DNA of 64,000 nt, taken from an uncultured Alphaproteobacteria bacterium. Lineage in GTDB: Bacteria; Pseudomonadota; Alphaproteobacteria; Rhizobiales; CAWCWK01. This document shows positions 43,966 through 52,665 of this stretch, in pieces (within the stretch, counting starts at the first letter, position 1; each line of letters starts with the position of its first letter). Under the pieces are notes generated by a model. The model was not told the DNA's origin and ran no database searches. It saw only the letters and a program-made list of their open reading frames with translations. The position numbers and the translations under genes are program-made. The DNA is taken from contig CAWCWK010000004.1 in assembly GCA_963799285.1 (NCBI GenBank), forward strand, positions 270,309 to 334,308, in the 5' to 3' direction.

Positions 43966-45045
43966 ATGATGCACGAAGCGGCGCCTCAGAGCCGGAACTA
44001 TCTCGAGGTCTGGGGCGTCGCGAAGGCTTTCAAGGGCACGCGCGTCATGTCCGGTCTGAACGCCCGGGTGGACCGGGGCGAGCTCGTATCGCTCCTCGGT
44101 CCGTCCGGTTGCGGCAAGAGCACGCTTCTGCGGATCATCGCAGGGCTTCTGACGGCCGACGAGGGCTCCGTCATCGTCGGCGGACGCGAGATCACGCATC
44201 TGCCCGCGCATCGCCGCAACATCTCCGTCGTCTTCCAGAACTACGCGCTGTTCCCTCACCTGACCGTCGCGGAGAACGTCGCCTTCGGCCTGCGCGCACG
44301 AGGCACGGCGAAGGCCGCCACGGCCGCACTGGTGGCGGACGCACTCGCACTGGTGCGAATGAGCGAGTATGCGGACCGTTCGATCGCGGCCCTGTCGGGC
44401 GGGCAGCAGCAGCGGGTGGCGGTGGCCCGCGCGCTCGTTGTGAACCCCGACCTCCTCCTTCTCGACGAACCCTTCTCGGCACTGGACCGCAAGCTGCGCG
44501 AGACGATGCAGGTCGAGTTGAAGGCTCTCCTTCGCGATCGCGGCATGACGGCGATATTCGTGACGCACGATCAGGAGGAGGCGATGGGCGTCTCCGATCG
44601 CATCGCGGTGATGAACGAGGGCCGGATCGAGCAATTCGCCGATCCGTCGACGCTCTACGCCCGCCCCGCCTCACCCTTCGTCATGGACTTCGTCGGCCTG
44701 TCCGCCCGGATGCGCGGCACGGTCGCGGCGTCCGACGGCGGCACGCTCACGATCGAGACCGCCTATGGGATGGTCCGCGCGCCGGGCGATTCGGCGCCCA
44801 GCGCCGAGGTCCAGGTCGGCATCCGGCCGGAGCTGATGTCCGTCGAGGGCGGCGACAACCAAATTCGCGTGACGCTGGACGACGTCGTGGTGCTCGGCTC
44901 CAAGACCGTGCTGCACGGACGAGCCGCGCCCGGCGAGCGCATCATCTGCGAGCTCCCCGGCATCCGCACCGGCTTTCTCCGTGGCGAGACCGTGTCGCTC
45001 GGATGGGCGGTCGAGGACACGCTCGTCTACGAGGTCGCGGCATGA
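43966..45045 (+). CDS. ABC transporter ATP-binding protein (PotA type)
   Basis: GAGG lies 5 nt upstream of ATG 43966. Motifs: GPSGCGKSTLL, FQNYALFPHLTV, LSGGQQQRVAVARAL and LLLDEPFSALD. Confidence 0.9.
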   Translation: MMHEAAPQSRNYLEVWGVAKAFKGTRVMSGLNARVDRGELVSLLGPSGCGKSTLLRIIAGLLTADEGSVIVGGREITHLPAHRRNISVVFQNYALFPHLTVAENVAFGLRARGTAKAATAALVADALALVRMSEYADRSIAALSGGQQQRVAVARALVVNPDLLLLDEPFSALDRKLRETMQVELKALLRDRGMTAIFVTHDQEEAMGVSDRIAVMNEGRIEQFADPSTLYARPASPFVMDFVGLSARMRGTVAASDGGTLTIETAYGMVRAPGDSAPSAEVQVGIRPELMSVEGGDNQIRVTLDDVVVLGSKTVLHGRAAPGERIICELPGIRTGFLRGETVSLGWAVEDTLVYEVAA

Positions 45046-45872
45046 GCGCCCCGATCAGCCGTGTCGGCCATCTCGCGATCCCGGGTCTGGCCTATCTGGC
45101 CGTCGTCTATGCGCTGCCGCTGGTGCTGCTGCTCGCCAAATCCGTCCGGACGGCTGACGGACTGTCCTTCGGCGAATATGCCGACTTCTTCGGCGACGAG
45201 TTCAACCGCCGGGTGCTGTGGCGCACGCTGCGCGTCGCCGGGCTGACGACCGTGCTCGCGCTTCTCATCGCCTACCCGACGGCCTTTGCCATGAACCGCG
45301 CCAGGGGTGTCTGGCTGACCGTCTTCCTGGTCGCTCTGGTCCTGCCGATGTCGCTCGGCGTCGTCGTGAAGGCCTTCGCCTGGTCGATCCTCTTTCGCGC
45401 AAACGGGTTCCTCAACACGACCTTGCAGTGGATCGGGCTGACGGACGCGCCCGTGCGCATGCTCTTCACCGAGACGGCGCTGATCATCGGCGCGGCCAAC
45501 GTCTTCCTGCCTTTCATGGTGCTGCCGATCTACGCCGTCATTCGCCAGTTCGACGGGCGCCTGCCGGAGGCGGCCGCCTCGCTCGGCGCCGGGCCTTTCT
45601 TTCGCTTCTTCCACGTCACCCTGCCGCTCACCCTGCCGGGCGTGGTGGCGGGCTCGGCCTTCACCTTCTCGATGGCGATCTCGATGTACGTCATCCCGTC
45701 GCTGATCGTCGGCGAGCGCCAGCAGACGATGTCCATGCTGATCGCCCGCAGCTTCCTCTACCTGCGCAACGAACCGCTCGGCTCGACCATCTCCGCCGTG
45801 CTGCTGGCCATCGCGATCTTCGTGGTCGTCTTCTCCAGCTGGCTCGCCCGGCGGCTGGGGGCGCGCGCGTGA
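45042..45872 (+). CDS. ABC transporter permease (PotB-like)
   Basis: ATGA overlap with the ATPase stop. The N-terminus is MSAPISRVGHLAIPGLAYLAVVYALPLVLLL. The EAA loop is EAAASLGAGPFFRFFHVTLP. Confidence 0.85.
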   Translation: MSAPISRVGHLAIPGLAYLAVVYALPLVLLLAKSVRTADGLSFGEYADFFGDEFNRRVLWRTLRVAGLTTVLALLIAYPTAFAMNRARGVWLTVFLVALVLPMSLGVVVKAFAWSILFRANGFLNTTLQWIGLTDAPVRMLFTETALIIGAANVFLPFMVLPIYAVIRQFDGRLPEAAASLGAGPFFRFFHVTLPLTLPGVVAGSAFTFSMAISMYVIPSLIVGERQQTMSMLIARSFLYLRNEPLGSTISAVLLAIAIFVVVFSSWLARRLGARA

Positions 45873-46669
45873 CCCGCGTCGATCGCATCGCGCAAGGCCT
45901 GAGCTGGGCGGTCGGCCTCATCTGCATCGTCTTCCTGATGCTGCCGATCATCATCACGGTCGCCGCGTCATTCACCTCGTCGGCCGTCTACACCCTGCCG
46001 CCGCCCGAATGGTCGTTGCGCTGGTATGCCTCGCTTGAGCGCCGATCCGGCCTTTGGGACGCAGTCGTCCTCTCGCTCAATCTCGCGGCCGTCTCCACGG
46101 CGATCGCGCTCGTTCTCGGCACGCTCACCTCGATCGCCGTCGCCCGGGGCGACTTCCGAGGCCGTGACGCGATCGCGACCTTCGCCGTCTCGCCGCTGAT
46201 GATGCCCGGGCTCGTGGTCGGCGTCGCACTTCTCCAGTTCTTTCGCGAGATCGGATTGCGCGACGCCTATTGGTCGCTCTTGCTCGGCCATATCGTGATC
46301 ACGCTGCCCTTCGCGATGCGAACGCTGCTCGCCTCGATGTCGGCCTTCGACTTCGCGCTCGTCGATGCCGCCCGCACGCTGGGCCTGAGCTACCCCAAGG
46401 CGATCCTCAAGGTGCTCGTGCCCAACCTCGCGCCGTCCTACCTGACCGCCGGCCTCTTCGCCTTCCTCGCGTCGATGGACAACTATCCGATCTCGATCTT
46501 CCTGACGGATGCGCGCAACAAGACGCTGCCGATCAAGATGCTGCAATATCTCGAGGAACAGCCGGACCCTTCGCTCGCCGCCATCTCGTCGGGCCTCATC
46601 CTCCTCGCCGTCATCGTCCTCGCCTTCGGCGCACGGACCGTCGGTCTCAACCGGATGATCCAGGGATGA
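45869..46669 (+). CDS. ABC transporter permease (PotC-like)
   Basis: GTGA overlap with the previous stop. The N-terminus is VTRVDRIAQGLSWAVGLICIVFLMLPIIITV. The EAA loop is DAARTLGLSYPKAILKVLVP. Confidence 0.8.
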   Translation: MTRVDRIAQGLSWAVGLICIVFLMLPIIITVAASFTSSAVYTLPPPEWSLRWYASLERRSGLWDAVVLSLNLAAVSTAIALVLGTLTSIAVARGDFRGRDAIATFAVSPLMMPGLVVGVALLQFFREIGLRDAYWSLLLGHIVITLPFAMRTLLASMSAFDFALVDAARTLGLSYPKAILKVLVPNLAPSYLTAGLFAFLASMDNYPISIFLTDARNKTLPIKMLQYLEEQPDPSLAAISSGLILLAVIVLAFGARTVGLNRMIQG

Positions 46670-46736
46670 GCCGACGCGACCCCAGGATCTATCCGGACGT
46701 TGACCTGGAGCCATGCCGGTCGGAGGGGCGCAGCCG

Positions 46737-47486
46737 ATGATGCGCATCCTTCTCGTCAATCCGAACATGACCCGAGCCATGACCGACACGATGGTCGAGA
46801 TCGCCGGGCCGCTGGCGGGCGACCGTGCCGAGATTGTGCCCGTGACGGCGACGCGAGGGTTTCCCTACATCGCATCGCGCGCGGAGGCGACGATCGCCGG
46901 CGCCATCGCGATCGAGACCATCGCCGACAATCTGCGCGGCATCGACGCCGTCGTGATCGCCGCCTTCGGCGACCCCGGGCTCGCAGGCGCGCGCGAGCTC
47001 TTCGACGTGCCGGTGGTGGGGCTCGCGGAGGCGTCGGCGATGTCGGCCGCGATGCTGGGCGAACGCTTCTCGGTCGTCACCTTCTCGCCGCTCATGATGC
47101 GGTGGTACGCGGCCTCGATCATCGATACCGGCCTCGGTGCCCGCTTCACGGGGGTGCGCACGCCGCCATCGCATATCGCCGATGTCGGCCGCGCCGCGAA
47201 CGACTTGCGCGACGAGCTCGTCGCGCTCGCCAGGCGCGCCGTCAGGGAGGACGGCGCGGACGTCGTCATCCTCGGCGGGGCGCCGCTGGCGGGCCTTGCG
47301 CCCCAGATCGCGCACGAGGTCCCGGCCGCCGTTATCGATCCGATTGCGGCGGCGACCGCGCAGGCCCTCGCGCTCGCATCGCTCGGCATCCGTCTGGGCG
47401 GTCGGGCGGGGAAGCCAGCGCCGAAGGCGTCGATGGGTCTGTCCGACCGGCTCTCGGCAATCATCGCGGCGGAGGGCGGGGAATGA
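46737..47486 (+). CDS. Asp/Glu/hydantoin-racemase-family protein lacking both catalytic cysteines
   Basis: GGAGGGG lies ~9 nt upstream of ATG 46737. The N-terminus is MMRILLVNPNMT. The positions of the two catalytic Cys motifs read IAAFGDPGL and ILGGAPLAG, versus IAC(W/F)GDPGL and LLGCAGM in hydantoin racemases as I recall them. Confidence 0.75.
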   Translation: MMRILLVNPNMTRAMTDTMVEIAGPLAGDRAEIVPVTATRGFPYIASRAEATIAGAIAIETIADNLRGIDAVVIAAFGDPGLAGARELFDVPVVGLAEASAMSAAMLGERFSVVTFSPLMMRWYAASIIDTGLGARFTGVRTPPSHIADVGRAANDLRDELVALARRAVREDGADVVILGGAPLAGLAPQIAHEVPAAVIDPIAAATAQALALASLGIRLGGRAGKPAPKASMGLSDRLSAIIAAEGGE

Positions 47487-48880
47487 GCTTCGATACGATC
47501 ATTACGGGTGCGCGTGTGGTGTCACCTGGTGGCGTCGCGGTCTGCGATATCGGCATCACCGGCGGGGTCATCACGGCGCTGGCCGCCCGTCTCGAAGGTG
47601 CGGGCGAGGTCATAGCGGCTGACGGCCTGATCGCGATGCCGGGCGGGATCGACAGCCACGTGCACATCTCGCAGCCCTCCGGTCCCGGCATCGAGATGGC
47701 GGACGATTTCGCCTCCGCGACCCGCTCCGCCGTGGCGGGCGGCAACACGACCGTGCTGCCCTTCTGCCTGCCCGAGGACGGCCAGAGCCTGCGCGAAGCC
47801 GTCGCAGCCTATCACGCGAAGGCGGAAGGCCAATGCCATTGCGACGTCTCCTTCCATCTGATCGTGGCGGATACGGGCCCTGCGACGCTGGGACAGGACC
47901 TGCCGGCGCTCATCAATGCCGGCCACACGAGCTTCAAGGTCTTCATGACCTATAGGGGGCTGGCGCTCTCCGACCGGCAGATCCTCGACGTCATGGCCGT
48001 GGCGCGCGAGCATGGCGCCCTCGTCATGGTGCACGCCGAGAACGAGGACGCGATCGAGTTCCTGCGCGACAAGGCCGATCGCGAGGGGCGGACCGAGCCC
48101 CACCACCACGCGCGCTCGCGCCCCGTCGCCGTGGAGCGCGAGGCGACGCACCGCGCGATCTCGCTGGCCGAGGTCGCCGACGTACCGCTGACCATCGTGC
48201 ATGTCTCCAACGGCGAGGCATTGGACGAGATCCGTCGTGGGCGCCGGCGCGGGGCGAAGGTCTTCGCCGAGACCTGCCCGCAATACATCACGCTGACGGC
48301 GGACGATCTCGACCGCGCGGGCTTCGAGGGTGCAAAGTATGTCTGCTCGCCCCCGCCGCGCACGACGGCCGATTGGGACGCGATCTGGAACGGCATCACC
48401 GGCGGCGATTTCGAGCTCTTCTCGTCCGATCACTGCCCGTTCCGCTTCGCCGATCCCGCCGGCAAAGACGCGCCCGGGGCGCGACAGTCCTTCCGCAACA
48501 TCCCGAACGGCATCCCGGGTGTCGAGACGCGTCTGCCCATCCTCTTCTCGGAGGGGGTAACCAAGGGGCGGATCTCGCTGGAGACGTTCGCTGCGATCAC
48601 GGCGACCAACCACGCCCGGCTCTACGGCCTGACGTCCAAGGGCGCGATCATGGTGGGCAAGGACGCCGACATCGTCCTATGGGACCAGAGACTGACGCGT
48701 CCGATCCGGCAGGCGGACCTCCACCACGGCTCGGACTATACGCCCTGGGAGGGTTTCGAGGTCACCGGCTGGCCGGTGCGCACGATCCTCCGCGGCCGGA
48801 CCATCATGCGCGACGGCGAGCCGGAGGGCGATCCGACTGGCGGCCACATCGCGCGCGCGGCGCCGGAGTTGCGGCCATGA
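47483..48880 (+). CDS. D-hydantoinase / dihydropyrimidinase / imidase-type cyclic amidohydrolase
   Basis: ATGA overlap with the previous stop. The full metal-ligand set is present: GGIDSHVH, SFKVFMTY (Lys to be carboxylated), VMVHAEN, IVHVS and SSDHCP. Length is 465 aa. Confidence 0.9.
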   Translation: MSFDTIITGARVVSPGGVAVCDIGITGGVITALAARLEGAGEVIAADGLIAMPGGIDSHVHISQPSGPGIEMADDFASATRSAVAGGNTTVLPFCLPEDGQSLREAVAAYHAKAEGQCHCDVSFHLIVADTGPATLGQDLPALINAGHTSFKVFMTYRGLALSDRQILDVMAVAREHGALVMVHAENEDAIEFLRDKADREGRTEPHHHARSRPVAVEREATHRAISLAEVADVPLTIVHVSNGEALDEIRRGRRRGAKVFAETCPQYITLTADDLDRAGFEGAKYVCSPPPRTTADWDAIWNGITGGDFELFSSDHCPFRFADPAGKDAPGARQSFRNIPNGIPGVETRLPILFSEGVTKGRISLETFAAITATNHARLYGLTSKGAIMVGKDADIVLWDQRLTRPIRQADLHHGSDYTPWEGFEVTGWPVRTILRGRTIMRDGEPEGDPTGGHIARAAPELRP

Positions 48881-49629
48881 TCCATGCGCCCCTAGACGGC
48901 GCCCGCGTGGGCATGCTGACACCGTCGTCCAATACCGTGCTGGAACCTTACACGGCCGCTATGTTTGCGCCATTGGGCGAGGAGGCGAGCGCGCATTTCG
49001 CCAGGTTCCGCGTCGTCGAGATCTCGCTGTCGGAAGCCTCGCAAACCCAGTTCGATCTCGCGCCTGTCCTTGAGGCGGCGACCCGGCTCGCGGAACTGCG
49101 ACCGCGCCTCATCGCCTGGAACGGCACGTCCGCATCCTGGCTGGGGCTCGACAAGGACCGCGCGCTCTGCGCCGCGATCGAGGCCGAGACCGGCATCCGC
49201 GCGACCTCTACCGTGCTGGGCTTCGAGCGCGTCCTTCGCGCGATGAAGGCCAGGCGGATCGGCCTGGTGACGCCCTATATCGCGGACGTCCAGGACCGCA
49301 TCGCCGCGAACTTCGCGGCCCAGGGCATCGAGGTCGTCGCCAGCGAGCGGCTCGACGTCAGGGATAACTACGCCTTCGCCACCACCCCGCCCGAACAGGT
49401 GGGCGAGATGGCACGATGCGCCGCGAAGGACCGTCCCGACGCCCTCGTCATCATGTGCACCAATTTCCGCGGCGCTCCGCAAGCGGCCCGGATCGAGGCC
49501 GAGACGGGCGTGCCCGTGCTCGATTCCGTGGCGGTCACCGCCGCGCACTGTCTGCGCGAGATGGGCTGCGACCCCTCTCGCGTGACCGGCTGGGGCTCCG
49601 TGTTCCAGCGTTTCGCCGACCCTTCCTGA
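48877..49629 (+). CDS. Maleate-isomerase / arylmalonate-decarboxylase-like member of the Asp/Glu racemase superfamily, with only the second catalytic Cys
   Basis: ATGA overlap with the previous stop. Blocks are VGMLTPSSNTVLEP, then WNGTSAS where two-Cys enzymes carry the first Cys, then VIMCTNFRG retaining the second. Confidence 0.7.
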   Translation: MIHAPLDGARVGMLTPSSNTVLEPYTAAMFAPLGEEASAHFARFRVVEISLSEASQTQFDLAPVLEAATRLAELRPRLIAWNGTSASWLGLDKDRALCAAIEAETGIRATSTVLGFERVLRAMKARRIGLVTPYIADVQDRIAANFAAQGIEVVASERLDVRDNYAFATTPPEQVGEMARCAAKDRPDALVIMCTNFRGAPQAARIEAETGVPVLDSVAVTAAHCLREMGCDPSRVTGWGSVFQRFADPS

Positions 49630-49676
49630 CCCCCCCAAACGGGCCGGAAGAGCCCGCCATCGACAGAGAGACCATC

Positions 49677-50711
49677 ATGACCCTGAAGACCACACTCTCC
49701 GCAGTCCTTCTCGCCACCACGGTCCTCGCCGGTGCGGCAAGCGCCGAGACATATCGCGTCATGGGCCAGCCCGCCGCGACCGGGCTCATCCAGAAGAATG
49801 TCGAGCAGCCCTTCTTCGAGAGCTTCGCCGAGAAGACCGGCCTCGACATGACGGCCGACTACCAGCCCGTCGACGTGACCGGCATCAAGGACACCGAGCA
49901 GCTGCGCATCCTCAAGGACGGGCTGTTCGACATCGTCTCGCTGCGCCTCAGCCAGGTCTCGCGCGACGAGCCGACCATTCTCGGCCTCGACCTCGTCGGC
50001 CTGAACCCCGACTACGCGACCGGCAAGGTAACGGTCGAGAAGTTCGCGCCCATCGTCGACGAGGCGCTGCAAGACAAGTTCAACACCAAGCTGCTCGGCG
50101 TCTGGCCATTCGGGCCGCAGGTTCTCTTCTGCAAGCCGGAGATCGCTTCGCTGTCCGACCTCACGGGGCTCAAGGTGCGCGTATACGATCAGAATCTGGC
50201 CAACTTCATCTCGCTCGTCGGCGGCACGCCCGTGCCGCTCTCCTTCCCCGAAGTCCAGCAATCGCTGGCGCGCGGCGTGGTCGATTGCGCTGTGACCGGT
50301 CCGTCCTCGGCCAACTCTGCCGGATGGCCCGAGGTCACGACCCACATGCTCCCGATCGCCTTCCAGCTCGCGATGAACGGCTACGGGATGAATCTCGATA
50401 AGTGGAACGCGCTGTCGCCCGAGGAGCAGGAGAAGGTGCAGACCGCCTTCGACGGCCTGATCGAGGAGATCTGGACCTATTCCGAGGAGCTCTTCGTCGA
50501 CGCCGTGTCCTGCAACACCGGTGGCGAGGCCTGCGAGACGGGCACGAAATACGACAACGTCCTCGTCAGCCCGACCGAGGCCGACACCGCCCTCATCGGC
50601 ACCGCCGTCACGGACGTCTCCTTCCCTGCCTGGAAGGAGACCTGCGATGCGGTCAACGAGGGCTGCTCGGCAAAGTGGCTGGAGACCGTAGGAACGGCCT
50701 ACGACTTCTGA
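49677..50711 (+). CDS. TRAP transporter substrate-binding protein (DctP-like)
   Basis: I take the internal ATG at 49677 of ORF 49416..50711. The signal peptide is MTLKTTLSAVLLATTVLAGAASA. TRAP Q and M genes follow. Confidence 0.75.
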   Translation: MTLKTTLSAVLLATTVLAGAASAETYRVMGQPAATGLIQKNVEQPFFESFAEKTGLDMTADYQPVDVTGIKDTEQLRILKDGLFDIVSLRLSQVSRDEPTILGLDLVGLNPDYATGKVTVEKFAPIVDEALQDKFNTKLLGVWPFGPQVLFCKPEIASLSDLTGLKVRVYDQNLANFISLVGGTPVPLSFPEVQQSLARGVVDCAVTGPSSANSAGWPEVTTHMLPIAFQLAMNGYGMNLDKWNALSPEEQEKVQTAFDGLIEEIWTYSEELFVDAVSCNTGGEACETGTKYDNVLVSPTEADTALIGTAVTDVSFPAWKETCDAVNEGCSAKWLETVGTAYDF

Positions 50712-50720
50712 TCGCGCAAC

Positions 50721-50746
50721 GTCGCGCCCCGGTATCGGGGCGCGAC
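50721..50746 (+). terminator. Strong intercistronic hairpin GTCGCGCCCCG-GTAT-CGGGGCGCGAC between TRAP binding-protein and membrane genes
   Basis: An 11-bp perfect GC-rich stem with a 4-nt loop was read directly, 10 nt after the stop. No U-tract follows. It is likely a partial terminator or mRNA stabiliser. Confidence 0.45.
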
Positions 50747-50765
50747 AAGACCAAGGGGCCTCCCA

Positions 50766-51323
50766 GTGATGAATGCCGTCGCCACATGGATTTCGCGCCT
50801 CTTCGGGGCCGCCTTGCTCTTTCTCTCCGGCTTCGTCGCGCTGGAGACATTGCTTCGCAAGGTCTTCAACACGTCCCTGCAGGGCGCGGACGAGCTTGGC
50901 GGCTATGTTCTGGCCTTCGGTGCGTCCGCTGCTTTCGTGGTGGCCTTGATCGACCGCGCGCATGTCAGGATCGACGTGCTGCATCAGCGCCTGCCCGTCG
51001 CCCCGCGCGCCTGGATCGACTTCGCTGCCGTGCTGTCGCTTGGCGTCTTGGGCCTCTTCTTCCTCTATATCGGCTGGTTCGTGGTCACCGACACGATTGC
51101 CTACGGGTCGACCGCGGCCACGCCCTGGCGGACGCCGCTCATCTATCCGCAAGGCGCGTGGTATGCGGGCCTGGCGGTCTTCGCGATCGCCTCGTTCTGG
51201 CTATCGGCGCGCGCGTTGCGGCTCGTCGTGACCGGACGGATCGATCAGGTGGCCCGCGAGTTCGCGCCCTGCAGCGCGGCCGAGGAACTGGCCGAGGAAC
51301 TCGATCGGCTCTCCCGCCGATGA
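50766..51323 (+). CDS. TRAP transporter small permease (DctQ-like)
   Basis: It has four hydrophobic segments and contains GADELGGYVLAFGASAAFVVAL. It sits between the P and M genes. The start is GTG 50766 or ATG 50769. Confidence 0.8.
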   Translation: MMNAVATWISRLFGAALLFLSGFVALETLLRKVFNTSLQGADELGGYVLAFGASAAFVVALIDRAHVRIDVLHQRLPVAPRAWIDFAAVLSLGVLGLFFLYIGWFVVTDTIAYGSTAATPWRTPLIYPQGAWYAGLAVFAIASFWLSARALRLVVTGRIDQVAREFAPCSAAEELAEELDRLSRR

Positions 51324-51351
51324 CCCGCACCATGCCCGAAAGCGCCCGCAC

Positions 51352-52665
51352 ATGAGCATGATCGACGTCCTTGTCGGCTTCACGACGATGATGGGCCTCT
51401 TGATGCTCGGCATGCCCGTCGCCGTCGTCATGGTGGTCATGGGCGTGGCCGGGGGCATGATCCTCTATGGGCCTGTCCTGCTGAAATCCATGGGGCCGGT
51501 CCTCTGGGGCGTCTCCAACGAGAACGTGCTGACGGCCATTCCGCTCTTCATCCTGCTCGGCGAATTGCTTCTGCGCTCGGGTCTGGCGGACCGGATGTAT
51601 GCGACGCTGTCCCTCTGGCTCGGGCGCCTGCCCGGCGGACTGCTGCACACCAATATCGGGGCCTGCTCGCTCTTCGCCGCAACGTCAGGGTCCTCGGTTG
51701 CGACGGCTGCGACCGTCGGGACAGTGGCGCTGCCGGCGCTGAACGAGCGCGGCTACGACCCGGCCCGCTCGCTTGGCTCCCTAGCGGCCGGCGGGACGTT
51801 GGGCATCCTCATCCCGCCCTCCGTCAACCTGCTGATCTACGGCTCGCTCGCCTCAGTCTCGGTCGGCCAGCTCTTCGTCGCTGGCATCGTGCCGGGCATC
51901 CTTCTGACATTGACCTTCATGGCCTTTGTGGTCGCCGAGAGCCTGTGGCGCCGCTCGCGCGGTTTGGCCGACGCATCGCGCGTCGAGGATGCCTTGCCCT
52001 TGTTCGAGCGCGTGCGAGCGCTCATCCATCTCGTGCCGGCGGCGGTCGTCTTTCTCGTCGTGATGGGCTCGATCTATCTGGGCATCGCGACGCCGACCGA
52101 AAGCGCGGCGCTCGCCGTGCTCGTCGCGCTCGTCTTCGTGTGGCGCGAGGGCAGGCTGTCTTTCGCCTTCCTCGACATATGCTTTCGGCAGACCGCGAAG
52201 ACGACCGGAATGATCCTCCTCATCATAGCGGCCGCCTTCACGCTGAACGTGACGCTGGCACTGGGTGGCATCACCGGCGTCATCTCCGATTGGGTGGACG
52301 GGCTGGGTCTCGGGCCCACGGGGCTCCTCTTCGCGCTGATGCTTTTCTATCTGATCCTCGGAATGTTCATGGACGTCCTGTCGATGCAGGTGCTGACGAT
52401 CCCGATCGTCGTCCCCATCGTGATAGCCGCCGGCATCGATCCCGTCTGGTTCGGCATCTTCGTCGTGCTGATGAGCGAACTGGGTATGATAACGCCACCC
52501 GTAGGCATGAACCTCTATGTCGTGCAGGGCGTACGCACCGACGGCGGGCCGTTCACCGACGTCGTGCGTGGCGCCATCCCCTATGCAGTGCTGATGCTGC
52601 TCTTCACCGTCCTCCTCATCTTCGTACCCGGGGTTGCGATGTGGCTGCCACGGAGCCTGGGATGA
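51352..52665 (+). CDS. TRAP transporter large permease (DctM-like)
   Basis: It is a 437-aa polytopic protein. Typical DctM blocks are present (LFILLGELLLRSGLADRM, GSSVATAATVG, GTLGILIPPS). Confidence 0.9.
   Translation: MSMIDVLVGFTTMMGLLMLGMPVAVVMVVMGVAGGMILYGPVLLKSMGPVLWGVSNENVLTAIPLFILLGELLLRSGLADRMYATLSLWLGRLPGGLLHTNIGACSLFAATSGSSVATAATVGTVALPALNERGYDPARSLGSLAAGGTLGILIPPSVNLLIYGSLASVSVGQLFVAGIVPGILLTLTFMAFVVAESLWRRSRGLADASRVEDALPLFERVRALIHLVPAAVVFLVVMGSIYLGIATPTESAALAVLVALVFVWREGRLSFAFLDICFRQTAKTTGMILLIIAAAFTLNVTLALGGITGVISDWVDGLGLGPTGLLFALMLFYLILGMFMDVLSMQVLTIPIVVPIVIAAGIDPVWFGIFVVLMSELGMITPPVGMNLYVVQGVRTDGGPFTDVVRGAIPYAVLMLLFTVLLIFVPGVAMWLPRSLG

Noticed and set aside
46700-48880. The 726-aa ORF suggests a much longer hydantoinase with an N-terminal extension. 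Similar 5' extensions occur in ORFs 1849..3306, 15434..16546, 17385..18515, 44109..45872, 45218..46669, 48373..49629, 49416..50711 and 51945..54005.
   Set aside because: The extensions overlap the preceding genes in another frame and look non-coding (Arg/Pro-rich). Internal ATG/GTG starts that form ATGA/GTGA overlaps with the upstream stop give proteins of normal family length.
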